Shown here in pieces: positions 47,858 through 58,487 of a stretch of 64,000 nucleotides of DNA. The notes below the pieces were generated by a model, which searched no databases, was not told where the DNA came from, and was given only the letters and a program-made list of their open reading frames with translations. A program made the position numbers and the translations under genes. Source of the DNA: an uncultured Bryobacterales bacterium (GTDB lineage: Bacteria > Acidobacteriota > Terriglobia > Bryobacterales > UBA6623); contig OY282420.1 in NCBI GenBank assembly GCA_958295955.1, positions 726,236-790,235 on the forward strand, written 5' to 3'. Every line of letters starts with the position of its first letter. Within the stretch, counting starts at the first letter, position 1.

Positions 47858-48583
47858 ATGTCGTGTGATACTATCTCAATAGTGCGGGCGGCGGCAGTCC
47901 TGGGACTGTTGCCGTTCTCGGGCGTTGTCGGCGCCGCGCCTGTCGCCTCGGCAGAGGCGGACGTTGCGCGCTCGTATCTCGCACGGCGTTTGGAAGTCCG
48001 CGAGGACGCAGCGACCGGTAGGTTGGTCCGTCAGGTCCGCTACCGTCGAGGCGCTTCGCCAAAGCCGGCGGCCGGCAGGCGGCGCGGAACAGACGGTTCG
48101 GTTGTCCAAGGTCTTGATTTCGATCGTCTGATCCGTGACATCGGTAGCCGCTACGGCGTGGATCCCAAGCTGATCCATGCCGTGATTCGGCAGGAGAGCA
48201 ATTACGACCCGTTTGCGGTTTCGTCCAAAGGAGCGCTTGGGTTGATGCAACTGCTGCCGTCCACGGCGGAAAGGTTTGGGGTGAAGGATGTTTTCGTTCC
48301 CGCCGAGAACATCCAAGGCGGAGTAAAGTATCTCCGCTACTTGATGGACCGTTACCCGGGGCAAGCCGCGCTGGTTCTGGCGGCTTACAACGCGGGCGAA
48401 GGCGCGGTGGATCGGTACGGGGGCATCCCGCCGTACCGGGAAACCCAAGACTATGTCGCCCGCATCGCCAAACGGTATGGCCCTTCAAGAGAAAGCGCGT
48501 TGTCGCAAGACAACGAGACAGGCCGCCGGAGGATCGTGGCGTCGGTCGCGTCCGCAGGCGTGATCGTTCTCGAAACGCGCTGA
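47858..48583 (+). CDS. Lytic transglycosylase (SLT domain) protein
   Basis: It has AVIRQESNYDPFAVSSKGALGLMQLLPSTA and AYNAGEGAV. The start was trimmed to MSCDTIS at 47858. Confidence 0.85.
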   Translation: MSCDTISIVRAAAVLGLLPFSGVVGAAPVASAEADVARSYLARRLEVREDAATGRLVRQVRYRRGASPKPAAGRRRGTDGSVVQGLDFDRLIRDIGSRYGVDPKLIHAVIRQESNYDPFAVSSKGALGLMQLLPSTAERFGVKDVFVPAENIQGGVKYLRYLMDRYPGQAALVLAAYNAGEGAVDRYGGIPPYRETQDYVARIAKRYGPSRESALSQDNETGRRRIVASVASAGVIVLETR

Positions 48584-48637
48584 GCCGAGGTCCGCAAGGA
48601 CTTCGCCGCCGCAAACGGCGGCAGAGAGAGCGGGAAG

Positions 48638-50401
48638 TTGGCCGGAACGCGATTGGTTCTGCATACCGCGGCGTTGCTCGCGGCGTTCGTGGGGACGGCG
48701 TCTCTCCAGGCGGCGACCAGGAAGGAACTCGCCGCCGAGCATTACCGCAAGGCGGCGACGCTGCTCGAAGATCTGCAGGCCGTCCCCGCGCCCGAGCTCG
48801 AGATTGCGCAGTATCGCCTGGTCATCGACGCGTTCCGGCGCGTGCATCGGACAACGCCGGCCAGCGGTTACTGCGACGACGCGCTCTATTACGCCGCCGA
48901 GACGTACCGCGCGATGATCGAGCGTTTCGGGGCCGACCCTTACCGCGGGCAGGCGATTGCCGCCTACCGCTACATGGCCCGGCAGTACCCGCAGAGCAAA
49001 TGGACCAAGCAGGCGCTGGCGCTTGCGGACGCGCTTGAAAAAGGAAGCCCGGCGCCCAAGCGCGCCCCCGCGCCGACTGTGGAACCGGCACCCGCATCCG
49101 GCCGGGAACCCGCCGCCATACCGGTGAAAACCGCGCCGGCGAGCGGAGCCAAGCATCGCCCGCAGACGATGATCGAGCCGCCCCGTCCCTCGCCGCAAGC
49201 TCAGGGCACGGCCGCGGTCACCGACATCCGCTACCACAGCGGCTCCTACGGCACGCGCATCGTGCTGACTCTCGACCGCCAGGTGCGGATCAAATACGAC
49301 CTCCTGCAGAAACCCGAGCGCCTGTATTTCGACTTGTTCGACTCCCGCGTCGCGCGCCGCTTGCTCCAAGGCGTCACGGTGGATATCGACGACGATCTCG
49401 TCAAGACCGCCCGTCTCGCGCAGAACCGCCGCACCAAAGCGCGCCTGGTGCTCGATCTGAAGCGCTCGGTGACGATGGACCTGCTCTGGCTCGACAACCC
49501 GGCCCGGCTGGCGATCGACGTTCGCGACCCGCATGCGCCGCGAGTGCAGCGCGCCGAGCAAAGGCCGCCGGCAAGCGAGCCGCCCGCCGCGAAGGCGGAA
49601 AGCGAGCTCGCGCCGCCGCAGCCCGCCGCGGCGACAGCCGGCGGCAAGCACAGTCTGATCCGGGCCTTGGGCCTGAAAATAAGCCGCATCGTGATCGACG
49701 CCGGACACGGCGGCCACGATACCGGTTCCATCGGCCAGAGCGGTCTCCGCGAAAAAGAAGTCTCCCTGGCCATTGCGCAGCGCCTCGGCGACCTGCTTGA
49801 AGAGCGCCTCGGCGCCGGTGTCATCTACACGCGCACGAGCGACGAATTCGTGCCGCTGGAGGAGCGCACGCGCATCGCCAATTCCGAGCAGGCCGATCTG
49901 TTCGTCTCGATCCATTGCAACTCGGCCCGCAATCGCTCGGTGCGCGGCATCGAAACGTACTATCTGAACTTCACGGCGGACTCCTGGGCGCTCGACGTCG
50001 CCTCGCGCGAAAACGCGGCTGCCGACAGGTCGGTCCACGACCTGCAGGATTTGGTATCGAAAATCGCGCTGAAGGAAAAGATCGACGAGTCGAGAGAGTT
50101 CGCAACGAGGATTCAAAACGAGCTTTACAGCGGCCTCTCGCTGTATTCCGCCAATGTGAAAAACCGCGGGATCCGCAAGGCGCCCTTCGTGGTGCTGATC
50201 GGCGCGAAAATGCCGGCGGTCCTCGCCGAGATCGGTTTCATCAGCAACAAGACCGACGAGAACCTGATGAAAACCGCAGCTTACCGCGCCGAGGTCGCCG
50301 AGTATCTTTTCGAAGGGATTGTCTCCTACGCCGCCAGCCTGGGAACGATCTCGATGAAAGTTCCCGACAAGGAAACGCCTGCGGCCGCGCGCCTCGATTA
50401 G
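48638..50401 (+). CDS. N-acetylmuramoyl-L-alanine amidase (AmiC-like, with N-terminal TPR/AMIN-like regions)
   Basis: The Amidase_3 motifs are IVIDAGHGGHDTGSIG, DLFVSIHCNS and VLAEIGFISN. Confidence 0.85.
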   Translation: MAGTRLVLHTAALLAAFVGTASLQAATRKELAAEHYRKAATLLEDLQAVPAPELEIAQYRLVIDAFRRVHRTTPASGYCDDALYYAAETYRAMIERFGADPYRGQAIAAYRYMARQYPQSKWTKQALALADALEKGSPAPKRAPAPTVEPAPASGREPAAIPVKTAPASGAKHRPQTMIEPPRPSPQAQGTAAVTDIRYHSGSYGTRIVLTLDRQVRIKYDLLQKPERLYFDLFDSRVARRLLQGVTVDIDDDLVKTARLAQNRRTKARLVLDLKRSVTMDLLWLDNPARLAIDVRDPHAPRVQRAEQRPPASEPPAAKAESELAPPQPAAATAGGKHSLIRALGLKISRIVIDAGHGGHDTGSIGQSGLREKEVSLAIAQRLGDLLEERLGAGVIYTRTSDEFVPLEERTRIANSEQADLFVSIHCNSARNRSVRGIETYYLNFTADSWALDVASRENAAADRSVHDLQDLVSKIALKEKIDESREFATRIQNELYSGLSLYSANVKNRGIRKAPFVVLIGAKMPAVLAEIGFISNKTDENLMKTAAYRAEVAEYLFEGIVSYAASLGTISMKVPDKETPAAARLD

Positions 50402-51666
50402 CCGTCCGCTTCCGCCGCGCCGGCGGTCATTTCGGCTTCGATGCGCAAGAGCCTGTTGTATTTGGCCAGGCGCTCCGAGCGCGTGATCGAGCCGATTTTG
50501 ATCCGGCCGGCGCCCGAGGCCGCGGCCAGGTCGGCGAGGAAGGCATCCTCGGTCTCGCCGGAACGAGCCGAGACAACGGCCTGGAAGCCGGCTTCCCGCG
50601 CGCGGTCGATGACCTGGAACGTTTCGGTCAGCGTGCCGATTTGATTCATCTTGACGAGCACGGCGTTGGCCGCGCGTTCGCGGACCGCGCGCTCGAGACG
50701 CGCCGGGTTCGTGGCCAAAAGGTCATCGCCGATCAGCAGGCAGCGCTTGCCGAGCAGCTCGTTCGCCTGCCGCCAGCCTTCCCAGTCGTCCTGGTCGAGG
50801 GCGTCTTCGATCGCGGCGATCGGAAATTCGTCGATCCAGCGGCGGTACAGGCGGATCAACTCGCCGGCGTCCAGCGTCCGGCGCTCGCTTTCGAGACGGT
50901 ACTTTCCGCCGCGGTAAAAATGCGACGCGGCAACATCGACGGCCAGCGAAACCTGCGCGCCGGGAGCGTATCCCGCGGCTTCGACTGCGCGCATCATATA
51001 TTCGAGCGCCGCTTCGTTCGAGCGGAGATGCGGTCCCCAGCCGCCCTCGTCGGCGACGCCGGTCAGCGTGTATCCGCCGCGGCGGAGGAGTTCGCCCATC
51101 GCGCGGTGGATGCCGGCGGCCGCTTCGAGCGCTTCGCCGAGTGTCGCGAAGCCGTGCGGAACGATCAGGAAGTCCTGGAACTCGATCTGCCTGCCGGCGT
51201 GCAGTCCGCCCGAGAGGATGTTGATCATCGGCAGCGGCAGCACGGCCTCGCGTCCGGCCGCCAGGTGGCTCCACAGGGGGGCGCCGCGGGCTTGCGCGAC
51301 CGCCCGGGCGACGGCGCAGGAAACGCCGAGTATTGCGTTCGCGCCAAGCTTCGCTTTGTTTGCGGTTCCGTCCAGCTCGATCATGCGCCGGTCCACGTCG
51401 GCCTGGTTTTCGACCGGCCGGTTGTGCAGGGCGCCGCACAACGGCCCGTTGACATGGGCAACCGCTTTGGAGACGGCCTTGCCGCGATAGCCGCCGCCGG
51501 GGCCGTCGCGCAACTCCAAAGCCTCGTGGCGGCCGGTCGAAGCGCCCGAGGGAACCTGCGCGGCGGCCGTCGTGCCGTCGGAGAGACGAGCTTCGACTTC
51601 CAGCGTGGGGTTGCCGCGCGAGTCGAGGATTTGCAGGGCGGACAGTGCGGCGAGCGTGAGCGCCAT
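50398..51666 (-). CDS. eno: Enolase (phosphopyruvate hydratase)
   Basis: It has ILDSRGNPTLEVEA, VKMNQIGTLTE and SARSGETED. The start was trimmed to MALTLAAL at 51666. Confidence 0.9.
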   Translation of the reverse strand: MALTLAALSALQILDSRGNPTLEVEARLSDGTTAAAQVPSGASTGRHEALELRDGPGGGYRGKAVSKAVAHVNGPLCGALHNRPVENQADVDRRMIELDGTANKAKLGANAILGVSCAVARAVAQARGAPLWSHLAAGREAVLPLPMINILSGGLHAGRQIEFQDFLIVPHGFATLGEALEAAAGIHRAMGELLRRGGYTLTGVADEGGWGPHLRSNEAALEYMMRAVEAAGYAPGAQVSLAVDVAASHFYRGGKYRLESERRTLDAGELIRLYRRWIDEFPIAAIEDALDQDDWEGWRQANELLGKRCLLIGDDLLATNPARLERAVRERAANAVLVKMNQIGTLTETFQVIDRAREAGFQAVVSARSGETEDAFLADLAAASGAGRIKIGSITRSERLAKYNRLLRIEAEMTAGAAEADG

Positions 51667-51746
51667 TCGAATTCGGGGCGGCAACCTGCAATCGGATGCG
51701 TTCCGGCGTTGCCGCAGTGTCTAAAATGATAACCGGAGGGTAAGAA

Positions 51747-52991
51747 ATGTCTGAGAAAACGACGATCACCCGGCGCTCTTTCGTAGCCGCGGCCGCGGCT
51801 GCAAGCGCCGGAACGCAAGCGCTCACGGCCAAAAGCGCCGCCCGCGTCATCGGCGCCAACGAGCGGCTGCATGTCGGCGTCATCGGCGCCGGAGGCAATG
51901 CCAACGGCCACATGCGCGCGTTGAAAAAGCTGGCTGCGGACGATAACGTCGAGATCCACGCCGTATGCGACATCTACGACAAGCGCCGCGAGGCGGCGGC
52001 CGAGTTCACGGGCGGAAAGCCGTACAAGGATTACCGCCGGCTGCTCGAAAACCCCGATCTCGACTACGTGACGATTTCGGTGCCCGAACACTGGCACGCG
52101 CAAATCACCCTCGACGCCGCTGACCGGGGTCTGCACATCTACTGCGAAAAACCGCTGACTTACTCGATCGAAGAAGGAGTGAAGGTCGTCGAGAAAATCA
52201 AGCGGACGGGCGTCGTCCTGCAGTGCGGCATTCAGGGCATGTCGGACGATTCCTACGAGGCCGCCGCGCGCTGCATTCAGGACGACAGGATCGGTCAGGT
52301 GGTCATGGCGCAGATCGATTACTCGCGTAACCACCGGGAGGACATGTGGGCGAGAAAGCCCGACCCCGATTGCCGCCCGGGGGTGAATCTCGACTGGGAG
52401 ACCTTTCTCGGAAAGGCCAAAAAGCGCCCGTGGGAGCCCGACCGCTTTTTCTCCTGGTGCCGCTACTGGGACTATTCGGGCGGAATCGCCACCGATCTGT
52501 TCGTCCATCGGCTGGCCCGCATCGTCAAGGCTTGCGGGTTGACGACGCCCAGCCGGGTCGTGGCCACCGGGGGGTTGTACGTATTCAACAAGACCGGCGC
52601 GGAGGTGCCCGACACGTTCAACGCGATGCTCGAGTACCCCGAGGGCGTCAACGTGCTGTTGGTCTCGACCATGGCGAACCAAGCCAAAATCCGCCACATG
52701 ATCCGCGGCCGCAAAGGCACGATCGAGTTCACCAGGGAAGGATTCGTTATCGAGCCCGAGTCGTTGTTCAAAGACGATGTCGCGCCCTACGAGCACAAGA
52801 AGAGCGGCGGCGAAGACATGGCGTTGCATCACCACAATCTGCACAACGCAATTCGCCGGGGCGAAGCGTTGAAATGCGATGTCGAGTTGGGCTTCAACGT
52901 GTCGATGGCCTGCCAACTGGCGGTCGAGGCGTTCCGCAAGAAGAAGTCGCTCGGCTGGGACCGCCGGCGCCGGCGCGTCGTGAAAACATAG
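51747..52991 (+). CDS. Gfo/Idh/MocA family oxidoreductase with a Tat signal
   Basis: It has the twin-arginine motif TRRSFVAAAAAASAG and the Rossmann motif VGVIGAGGNANGH. Confidence 0.8.
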   Translation: MSEKTTITRRSFVAAAAAASAGTQALTAKSAARVIGANERLHVGVIGAGGNANGHMRALKKLAADDNVEIHAVCDIYDKRREAAAEFTGGKPYKDYRRLLENPDLDYVTISVPEHWHAQITLDAADRGLHIYCEKPLTYSIEEGVKVVEKIKRTGVVLQCGIQGMSDDSYEAAARCIQDDRIGQVVMAQIDYSRNHREDMWARKPDPDCRPGVNLDWETFLGKAKKRPWEPDRFFSWCRYWDYSGGIATDLFVHRLARIVKACGLTTPSRVVATGGLYVFNKTGAEVPDTFNAMLEYPEGVNVLLVSTMANQAKIRHMIRGRKGTIEFTREGFVIEPESLFKDDVAPYEHKKSGGEDMALHHHNLHNAIRRGEALKCDVELGFNVSMACQLAVEAFRKKKSLGWDRRRRRVVKT

Positions 52992-53062
52992 GGAAGCGGC
53001 AGCCGCGAGCCGCGGCGAGACTGCGCTGCGCCGCGAGGCGGGCGTATGCTATTGTCTGCTGC

Positions 53063-54106
53063 ATGTTGCGCGCAAACCGATACGCATTGATCTGCGCAGT
53101 CGTCGCCGCGGCCGGAGCGGCCGCGCAGACAAGCGGACTTACGAACCCCTACAGGATGGTGGACGGCTGGGCGAAAATGCCCGCAGGCCGAATTATGGGC
53201 GCCGTCGGCGGGGTGACGATCGATCCCGACGGAAAGCATATCTGGGCGATCGTGCGCTGCGACGCTACGGCGCTCGACCGCTTCGGGGACGAGTGTCTCG
53301 ACTCGGATCTCGACCCCGTGCTCAAGTTCGACATGGACGGCAACGTGGTCGAGAGCTTCGGCGGCGGGATATTCATCTGGCCCCACGGCATCGACGTTGC
53401 CCCCGACGGCAGCGTCTGGGTAACCGACGGCGCCCGTCCGGCAAAAATTCCCCCCGGCAGCAAGCGCGGGCATCGGGTCGTCAAGTTCAGCCAAACCGGC
53501 GAGGTTTTGATGGTTCTCGGAACGCCGGGCAAGGCGGGCGCGGGGCCGGATCGTTTCATGTCGCCGGCCGACGTGGTCGTTGCCGACAGCGGCGAGATCT
53601 TCGTGGCGGACGGCCATGTCGACGAGGGCAACAACCGCGTCGTGAAGTTCGCCAAGAACGGCGAGTACATCAAGGAGTGGGGCAAGACGGGCAGCGCGCC
53701 GGGCGAGTTCCGCACGTTGCACGCGATCGCCATGGACTCCAGAGGCCGTATCTTTGTTGGCGACCGCTCCAACAACCGCATCCAGATCTTCGATCGGGAA
53801 GGCGCGTTCCTTGCCGAATGGTCGCAGTTCGGGCGACCGAGCGGAATCTTCATCGACGCCGAGGATCGAATTTATGTCGCGGATTCGGAATCCGACAACG
53901 TCGAGAATCCCGGGTGGGAGATGGGCATCCGCGTGGGCGACGCGCGCACGGGCTGGGTCGAATCGTTCATTCTTTACCCGTGGAGCAACCCGCAGGAGAC
54001 CAGAGGACACGGCGCGGAGTTCGTGGCCGCCGACAGCGACGGCAATCTGTACGCCGGCGAGCCTCGCCCGCGCGTCTTGCGCAAGTACGTCCGCGTGCGG
54101 CCGTGA
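53063..54106 (+). CDS. NHL-repeat six-bladed beta-propeller protein (peptidylglycine-amidating-lyase-like)
   Basis: This is the in-frame Met MLRANRYALICAVV inside composite track ORF 52346..54106. It shows repeated NHL-like blades (IFVADGHVDEGNNRVVKF, IFVGDRSNNRIQIF, IYVADSES). Confidence 0.75.
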   Translation: MLRANRYALICAVVAAAGAAAQTSGLTNPYRMVDGWAKMPAGRIMGAVGGVTIDPDGKHIWAIVRCDATALDRFGDECLDSDLDPVLKFDMDGNVVESFGGGIFIWPHGIDVAPDGSVWVTDGARPAKIPPGSKRGHRVVKFSQTGEVLMVLGTPGKAGAGPDRFMSPADVVVADSGEIFVADGHVDEGNNRVVKFAKNGEYIKEWGKTGSAPGEFRTLHAIAMDSRGRIFVGDRSNNRIQIFDREGAFLAEWSQFGRPSGIFIDAEDRIYVADSESDNVENPGWEMGIRVGDARTGWVESFILYPWSNPQETRGHGAEFVAADSDGNLYAGEPRPRVLRKYVRVRP

Positions 54107-54132
54107 GGCGGCGCGGCTTTTGCCGCGGGCCG

Positions 54133-54723
54133 TTACGCGTCCGGCCGGTCGTCCGCGGAGGCGGTGCGGTCGGGCCGTTCGACCTCGCGCAACTGCCGGA
54201 AAATTTCTTCGACCTCGCGCTCGTCTTCCTCATTCAGCAATCTGACGGGCGCGGACGGCAAAGGCTGCGCATGCGCCCTGATCGGCGCCGCTTCGCCCCA
54301 AAATTCGCTGTACGGTTCGCCGTCGATCGTCGCCCAGCGCGCATTGCGCCGAATCCTCTGCAACAAGCGCTCCGACGAACGCACGTCTCCCGGGTGAATC
54401 AGACGCAGCTTCCGCTCGTCGTCGAGCGTCAGGCGGACGACCAGAGGCGCCCGCCACCGCGTCGAGTCCACGGCGGCGACTTCGTACCAGCGGATGGTTT
54501 CGCGGCCCGCCGACAGGCACATGTCGTTGACCTCGATAACCGGGCGGGTCCACAGAAAATAAAACAGCGCCGCGCTCAGCGCGAACAAAGCCGCCGCGGT
54601 CAGCGCCGTCGGAATGAAATATCCGTAAATCGTGCAGGCCAAAGCCAACGCCGAAGCTGCGGCGCTTCCCAAGCGGTACTGTTCAAGGGGCGCGAAGCGT
54701 TCCATGGAGCGGTTCTCAGACAT
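54133..54723 (-). CDS. Hypothetical membrane protein (196 aa)
   Basis: This is the in-frame Met MSENRSMERF inside composite track ORF 54133..56073. It has two hydrophobic segments followed by a soluble acidic tail. Confidence 0.5.
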   Translation of the reverse strand: MSENRSMERFAPLEQYRLGSAAASALALACTIYGYFIPTALTAAALFALSAALFYFLWTRPVIEVNDMCLSAGRETIRWYEVAAVDSTRWRAPLVVRLTLDDERKLRLIHPGDVRSSERLLQRIRRNARWATIDGEPYSEFWGEAAPIRAHAQPLPSAPVRLLNEEDEREVEEIFRQLREVERPDRTASADDRPDA

Positions 54724-54831
54724 CAGACTAGCGCCCCGGCGGTGCGGCGTCAACCTCATCGTCATGCGGTCTTGCGCGAAAACGGCATGAGCAGAGCAGC
54801 CGCCTTCCCCCGCCTGGAGTTTAATAAAGGA

Positions 54832-57800
54832 ATGAAAGCGATGGGGTTCCTTGCGGCAAGCGTTTTCATTGCCGGAGTTCTGTGCAGCTTGCCGGGCGCT
54901 TTCGCGCAGACCTTCCAGGGCGGAATCCGCGGCAAAATCCGGGATGCCGACGGGGCCTTCATTCCCGGAGCCGCGGTTACGCTGCGGAACGAAGAAACCG
55001 GCAGCGGCCGGCGCACGGAATCCAATGCGTCCGGTGAGTACGCGTTCGCCAATCTGCAACCCGGAACGTACACGCTGCGCGCCGAGTCGGCAGGCTTCAA
55101 CAGTTTCGTAAGCGAAGATCTGCTCGTGGGCGTCTCCGCTCTTCTCGTGGTGGACGCCGCTTTGCAGATCGGCGCCGTCGATGAGGTCATAACGGTTACG
55201 GGCGAGACTCCGCTGGTGGAGAACGGGACGGCGTCCGTTTCTTCCACGATCGACCGCACTCAGATCGAAGTGCTGCCCACTCCCGGGCGCAACGTTTTCA
55301 TCATGGCCGTGAACACGCCCAACGTGGTGCATACCGGCAACCCGGTCTGGGTGAAGCAATCGGACCAGACGAACTCTTCCCTGCTCTCGCTTGGCGGCGG
55401 CCCGCTTCGCGGCAACAACTACACCGTGGACGGCGTCTCCATGACCGATTTGAGCAACCGCTCGGTGATTGTCCCCATCTTCGAGGCGATTCAGGAAATG
55501 AAGGTGCAAACGAACGCCTACGACGCCGAGATGGGCCGTACGGGCGGCGGCGTGTTCAATACGATTCACCGCAGCGGCACGAACAAATGGGCGGGGAGCG
55601 CCCTGTATCAGTTCCGTCCGGGCAAGCTGAACACGTTCTGGCGCAAGCTGTCTTATTTCCAGCAGCAGGACTTCGACGCCGGCGTCATCGGCCAACAAGA
55701 TCTCGAAGAAGTGCCGTACAATCTGGCCGGCGGCTCGTTCGGAGGCCCGATCGCCAAGAGCCGCACTTTTTTCTGGACGGCGGCGGAAGGCTATTCCGAC
55801 AATGCGGTTTCGAATGCGACGATCGCCGTTCCCGGCGCCGGCGAGGCCGCGGGCGATTTTGCGCAGAGCGGCGGGACGATCTACAACCCCTTCGACAGAG
55901 ACGCGAACGGCGACAGACGCCCCTTTGCGGATAACCGCATCCCGGCGAATCTGGTCGACCGCACGGGGTCGGCGTTGTCGCAAATGCTGGCGAGCCTCGG
56001 CCCCGGCGGCAACCTCTCGACCTCCGGCTCTCAGACGGTGCGCGCCTTCCAGGTCACCGGAAACGTCAATCACGCATTCAACGACGCCTGGCGGATTTCG
56101 GGCACCTACCTACGCTATCTGTCGCAGGAGCCGAGGTTCGGTCATTACCGCGATCTGTTGAACGCGGACAGCGGTCCGGACTTCAGCCTCGGCGCCGCCG
56201 TGCTCGACCGCAACGTCCATGCCATAGCGATCAACAACACCTTTCTGACAGGCGCCTCTTCGGTGCTCGCGCTGCGCTACGGGCAGACGTACTTCTACGA
56301 TTCAGATGGAAACCCTCCGTTCGGCAAAGACGATGTGCAGAGCCGCCTGGGAATCCAGGGAAGCTTTCTGGACGAGATCTACGCGCAGGAGGGCTACGAA
56401 GGGCAGTTTCCGCGGATCACCGTCGCCGGTTTCGGCAACAACGGCATGACTCACGGCTCGGCGACCAGCAACAACGTAGAGTGGTCCTCGCGCGAGATCG
56501 GCGGAACGTTCTCGCAATTCAGAGGCAACCACACCCTGAAATACGGCGGGCAATGGCGGCGCCTCGGACTGAGCGCGGTGTCCTACGGCCACGGCTTTAC
56601 GCTGGACTTCGCCAGGAAGTTCACCCAGGGGCCCAACCCGGCCAATCCCGCGACCGGCTCGGGCAGCGCTCTTGCCGACCTGCTGCTCGGCATACCCGAC
56701 GGCGGCAGCGCGACGCTGGCGGCGCCGGCCGACGTTTTCCTCGATTACTTCGGCGGCTTCATTCAGGACGACTGGCGGGCGTCTTCGCGCCTGGTGCTGA
56801 ATCTCGGGCTGCGCATCGAACACGAGACGGGCCTGCACGAGCACGGCGACGACTTCGCGGTCGGCTGGGATCGGCAGAACCCCTTCCCCGTACAGGCCGC
56901 GGTTCCGCCCGGCATCGAAGAGTCCCTGCCGGGGTTCCCGCTGAAGGGCGGGCTGCTGTACGCCGGCATCGACGGCAATCCTACCCACCAATGGGAGCCC
57001 CCGGCGGTCAAGATCGGCCCCCGGCTGGGATTCTCCTACAGCCTGACCCCAAATACCGTTTTGCGCGGCGGTTATGCCGTCTTCTGGGCGCCGTACGCGA
57101 TTCCGTCCGGGACCGGCGCCTCCGAGATCGGGACGTACGGATACTCGGCGGTGACCAACGTGGCGCGAAGCGTGGACGGCATCGCCCCGCCGGAAGCCAC
57201 AGCGTCCAACCCCTTTCCCAACGGCATCCTGCGGCCGACGGGAAACGCCGCCGGACGCCTGCAGAACATCGCCGGGGACGTGTATTTCAACGAGCAATAC
57301 CGCAAGTCGCCGGTCATCCGCAAATGGTCTCTGGACGTACAGCGCGACCTCGGCAACGAAACCGCGCTCAAGATCGGGTATGTGGGCAGCAGCGGAAAAG
57401 ACCTGGCGATCGGCGGAACTTTCGACTCCGTTGTCAACATCAATCAACTTGCCGACCCATACCTGGCTCTGGGCGAGCGGCTGAACCGGCGCTACCCCAA
57501 TCCGTTCTACGGCAATGCAGACTTCGGCGCTTTCGCGGCAAGCCGGACGCTGCCGCTCGGACAGTTGCTGCGCCCCTATCCGCACTTCCGCAACGTTTAC
57601 GCCCGCCACGTCAGCTCCGGCAAATCGTTGTACAACTCGCTCAGATTCGAGTTGGAAAGGCGGTTCCGCGGCAACTGGGGGGCGAAGATCAACTACACGT
57701 TCACGCACCACAAAGACAACATTTACGAGGCCAACACGTTATTGGAGAGCCTGAGCGGCGCCGTTTACAACACCCCGGACGCCTGCGCGTTCGCCAGATG

Positions 57801-58353
57801 CCCCGTGCTCGAGGAAGATTACTCCTACTCGCTGCTCCATGCGCCGCACGTGACGAACCTGAACCTGATGTACGCGATTCCCGGCCGCAACAGGCTGCTC
57901 GGCGGCTGGACGGCATCCATGGCGGCGATCTTGCGCAGTGGTTTTCCGCTTGCCGTCACACAGAACGAGAACCCGCTGAGCGCCTACGGATTCAGCAGCC
58001 AGCGCCCGCAAAACGCGGCCGTCTCGGGCGGCGGCGACCCGGCCGGCAACGCCGCCCGCTATGTCACGGCGGGTTCGCTGGAGCCGACCCGCGGCCTGCG
58101 GCTGAGCGGCGCGCCGCGCACGACGGCGGCGGTGAGAAGCCCGGCGCTCGTAAATTGGGATTTTTCGTTCGAGAAATCCACGCCGCTCAGCGACAATCTG
58201 AACCTGCTGCTGCGCCTGGAGTTCATCAACCTTTTCAACAACGTCAACTGGCGCGGCCCGCGCACCGTGTACGGACTGGACAACTTCGGCAGCATCCCCG
58301 GGACCCGCGGGTTTCCCCGAACTTTCCAGATCATGACAAAGATAACCTTTTAG
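54832..58353 (+). CDS. Large TonB-dependent receptor-like outer-membrane protein with an N-terminal CarboxypepD_reg domain (1173 aa)
   Basis: This is the in-frame Met MKAMGFLAASVFIAGVLC inside composite track ORF 53293..58353. It reads GGIRGKIRDADGAFIPGAAVTLRNEETG...YAFANLQPGTYTLR and has a C-terminal barrel ending ...FQIMTKITF. Confidence 0.85.
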   Translation: MKAMGFLAASVFIAGVLCSLPGAFAQTFQGGIRGKIRDADGAFIPGAAVTLRNEETGSGRRTESNASGEYAFANLQPGTYTLRAESAGFNSFVSEDLLVGVSALLVVDAALQIGAVDEVITVTGETPLVENGTASVSSTIDRTQIEVLPTPGRNVFIMAVNTPNVVHTGNPVWVKQSDQTNSSLLSLGGGPLRGNNYTVDGVSMTDLSNRSVIVPIFEAIQEMKVQTNAYDAEMGRTGGGVFNTIHRSGTNKWAGSALYQFRPGKLNTFWRKLSYFQQQDFDAGVIGQQDLEEVPYNLAGGSFGGPIAKSRTFFWTAAEGYSDNAVSNATIAVPGAGEAAGDFAQSGGTIYNPFDRDANGDRRPFADNRIPANLVDRTGSALSQMLASLGPGGNLSTSGSQTVRAFQVTGNVNHAFNDAWRISGTYLRYLSQEPRFGHYRDLLNADSGPDFSLGAAVLDRNVHAIAINNTFLTGASSVLALRYGQTYFYDSDGNPPFGKDDVQSRLGIQGSFLDEIYAQEGYEGQFPRITVAGFGNNGMTHGSATSNNVEWSSREIGGTFSQFRGNHTLKYGGQWRRLGLSAVSYGHGFTLDFARKFTQGPNPANPATGSGSALADLLLGIPDGGSATLAAPADVFLDYFGGFIQDDWRASSRLVLNLGLRIEHETGLHEHGDDFAVGWDRQNPFPVQAAVPPGIEESLPGFPLKGGLLYAGIDGNPTHQWEPPAVKIGPRLGFSYSLTPNTVLRGGYAVFWAPYAIPSGTGASEIGTYGYSAVTNVARSVDGIAPPEATASNPFPNGILRPTGNAAGRLQNIAGDVYFNEQYRKSPVIRKWSLDVQRDLGNETALKIGYVGSSGKDLAIGGTFDSVVNINQLADPYLALGERLNRRYPNPFYGNADFGAFAASRTLPLGQLLRPYPHFRNVYARHVSSGKSLYNSLRFELERRFRGNWGAKINYTFTHHKDNIYEANTLLESLSGAVYNTPDACAFARCPVLEEDYSYSLLHAPHVTNLNLMYAIPGRNRLLGGWTASMAAILRSGFPLAVTQNENPLSAYGFSSQRPQNAAVSGGGDPAGNAARYVTAGSLEPTRGLRLSGAPRTTAAVRSPALVNWDFSFEKSTPLSDNLNLLLRLEFINLFNNVNWRGPRTVYGLDNFGSIPGTRGFPRTFQIMTKITF

Positions 58354-58487
58354 CGCGGCGCCCGGACAGTTGGATTGAGATAGGCGGACATTCGCTTTGC
58401 GCCGGCGGCGCGGCGCCCGAGCCGCTCGATCGTCCGTGCGATACTGGATGGGTCCTCGGGCGCGCCGAACAGGGCGTTCTTCCCACC

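Noticed and set aside
53293..58353. A 1686-aa track ORF that looks like one giant gene; likewise 52346-54106, 54133-56073, 56481-59765 and 37338-39194
   Set aside because: The N-terminal portions are read-through shadows across neighbouring genes. The recognisable proteins begin at internal in-frame Met codons with signal peptides or conserved N-termini (54832, 53063, 54723, 58488, 38669).
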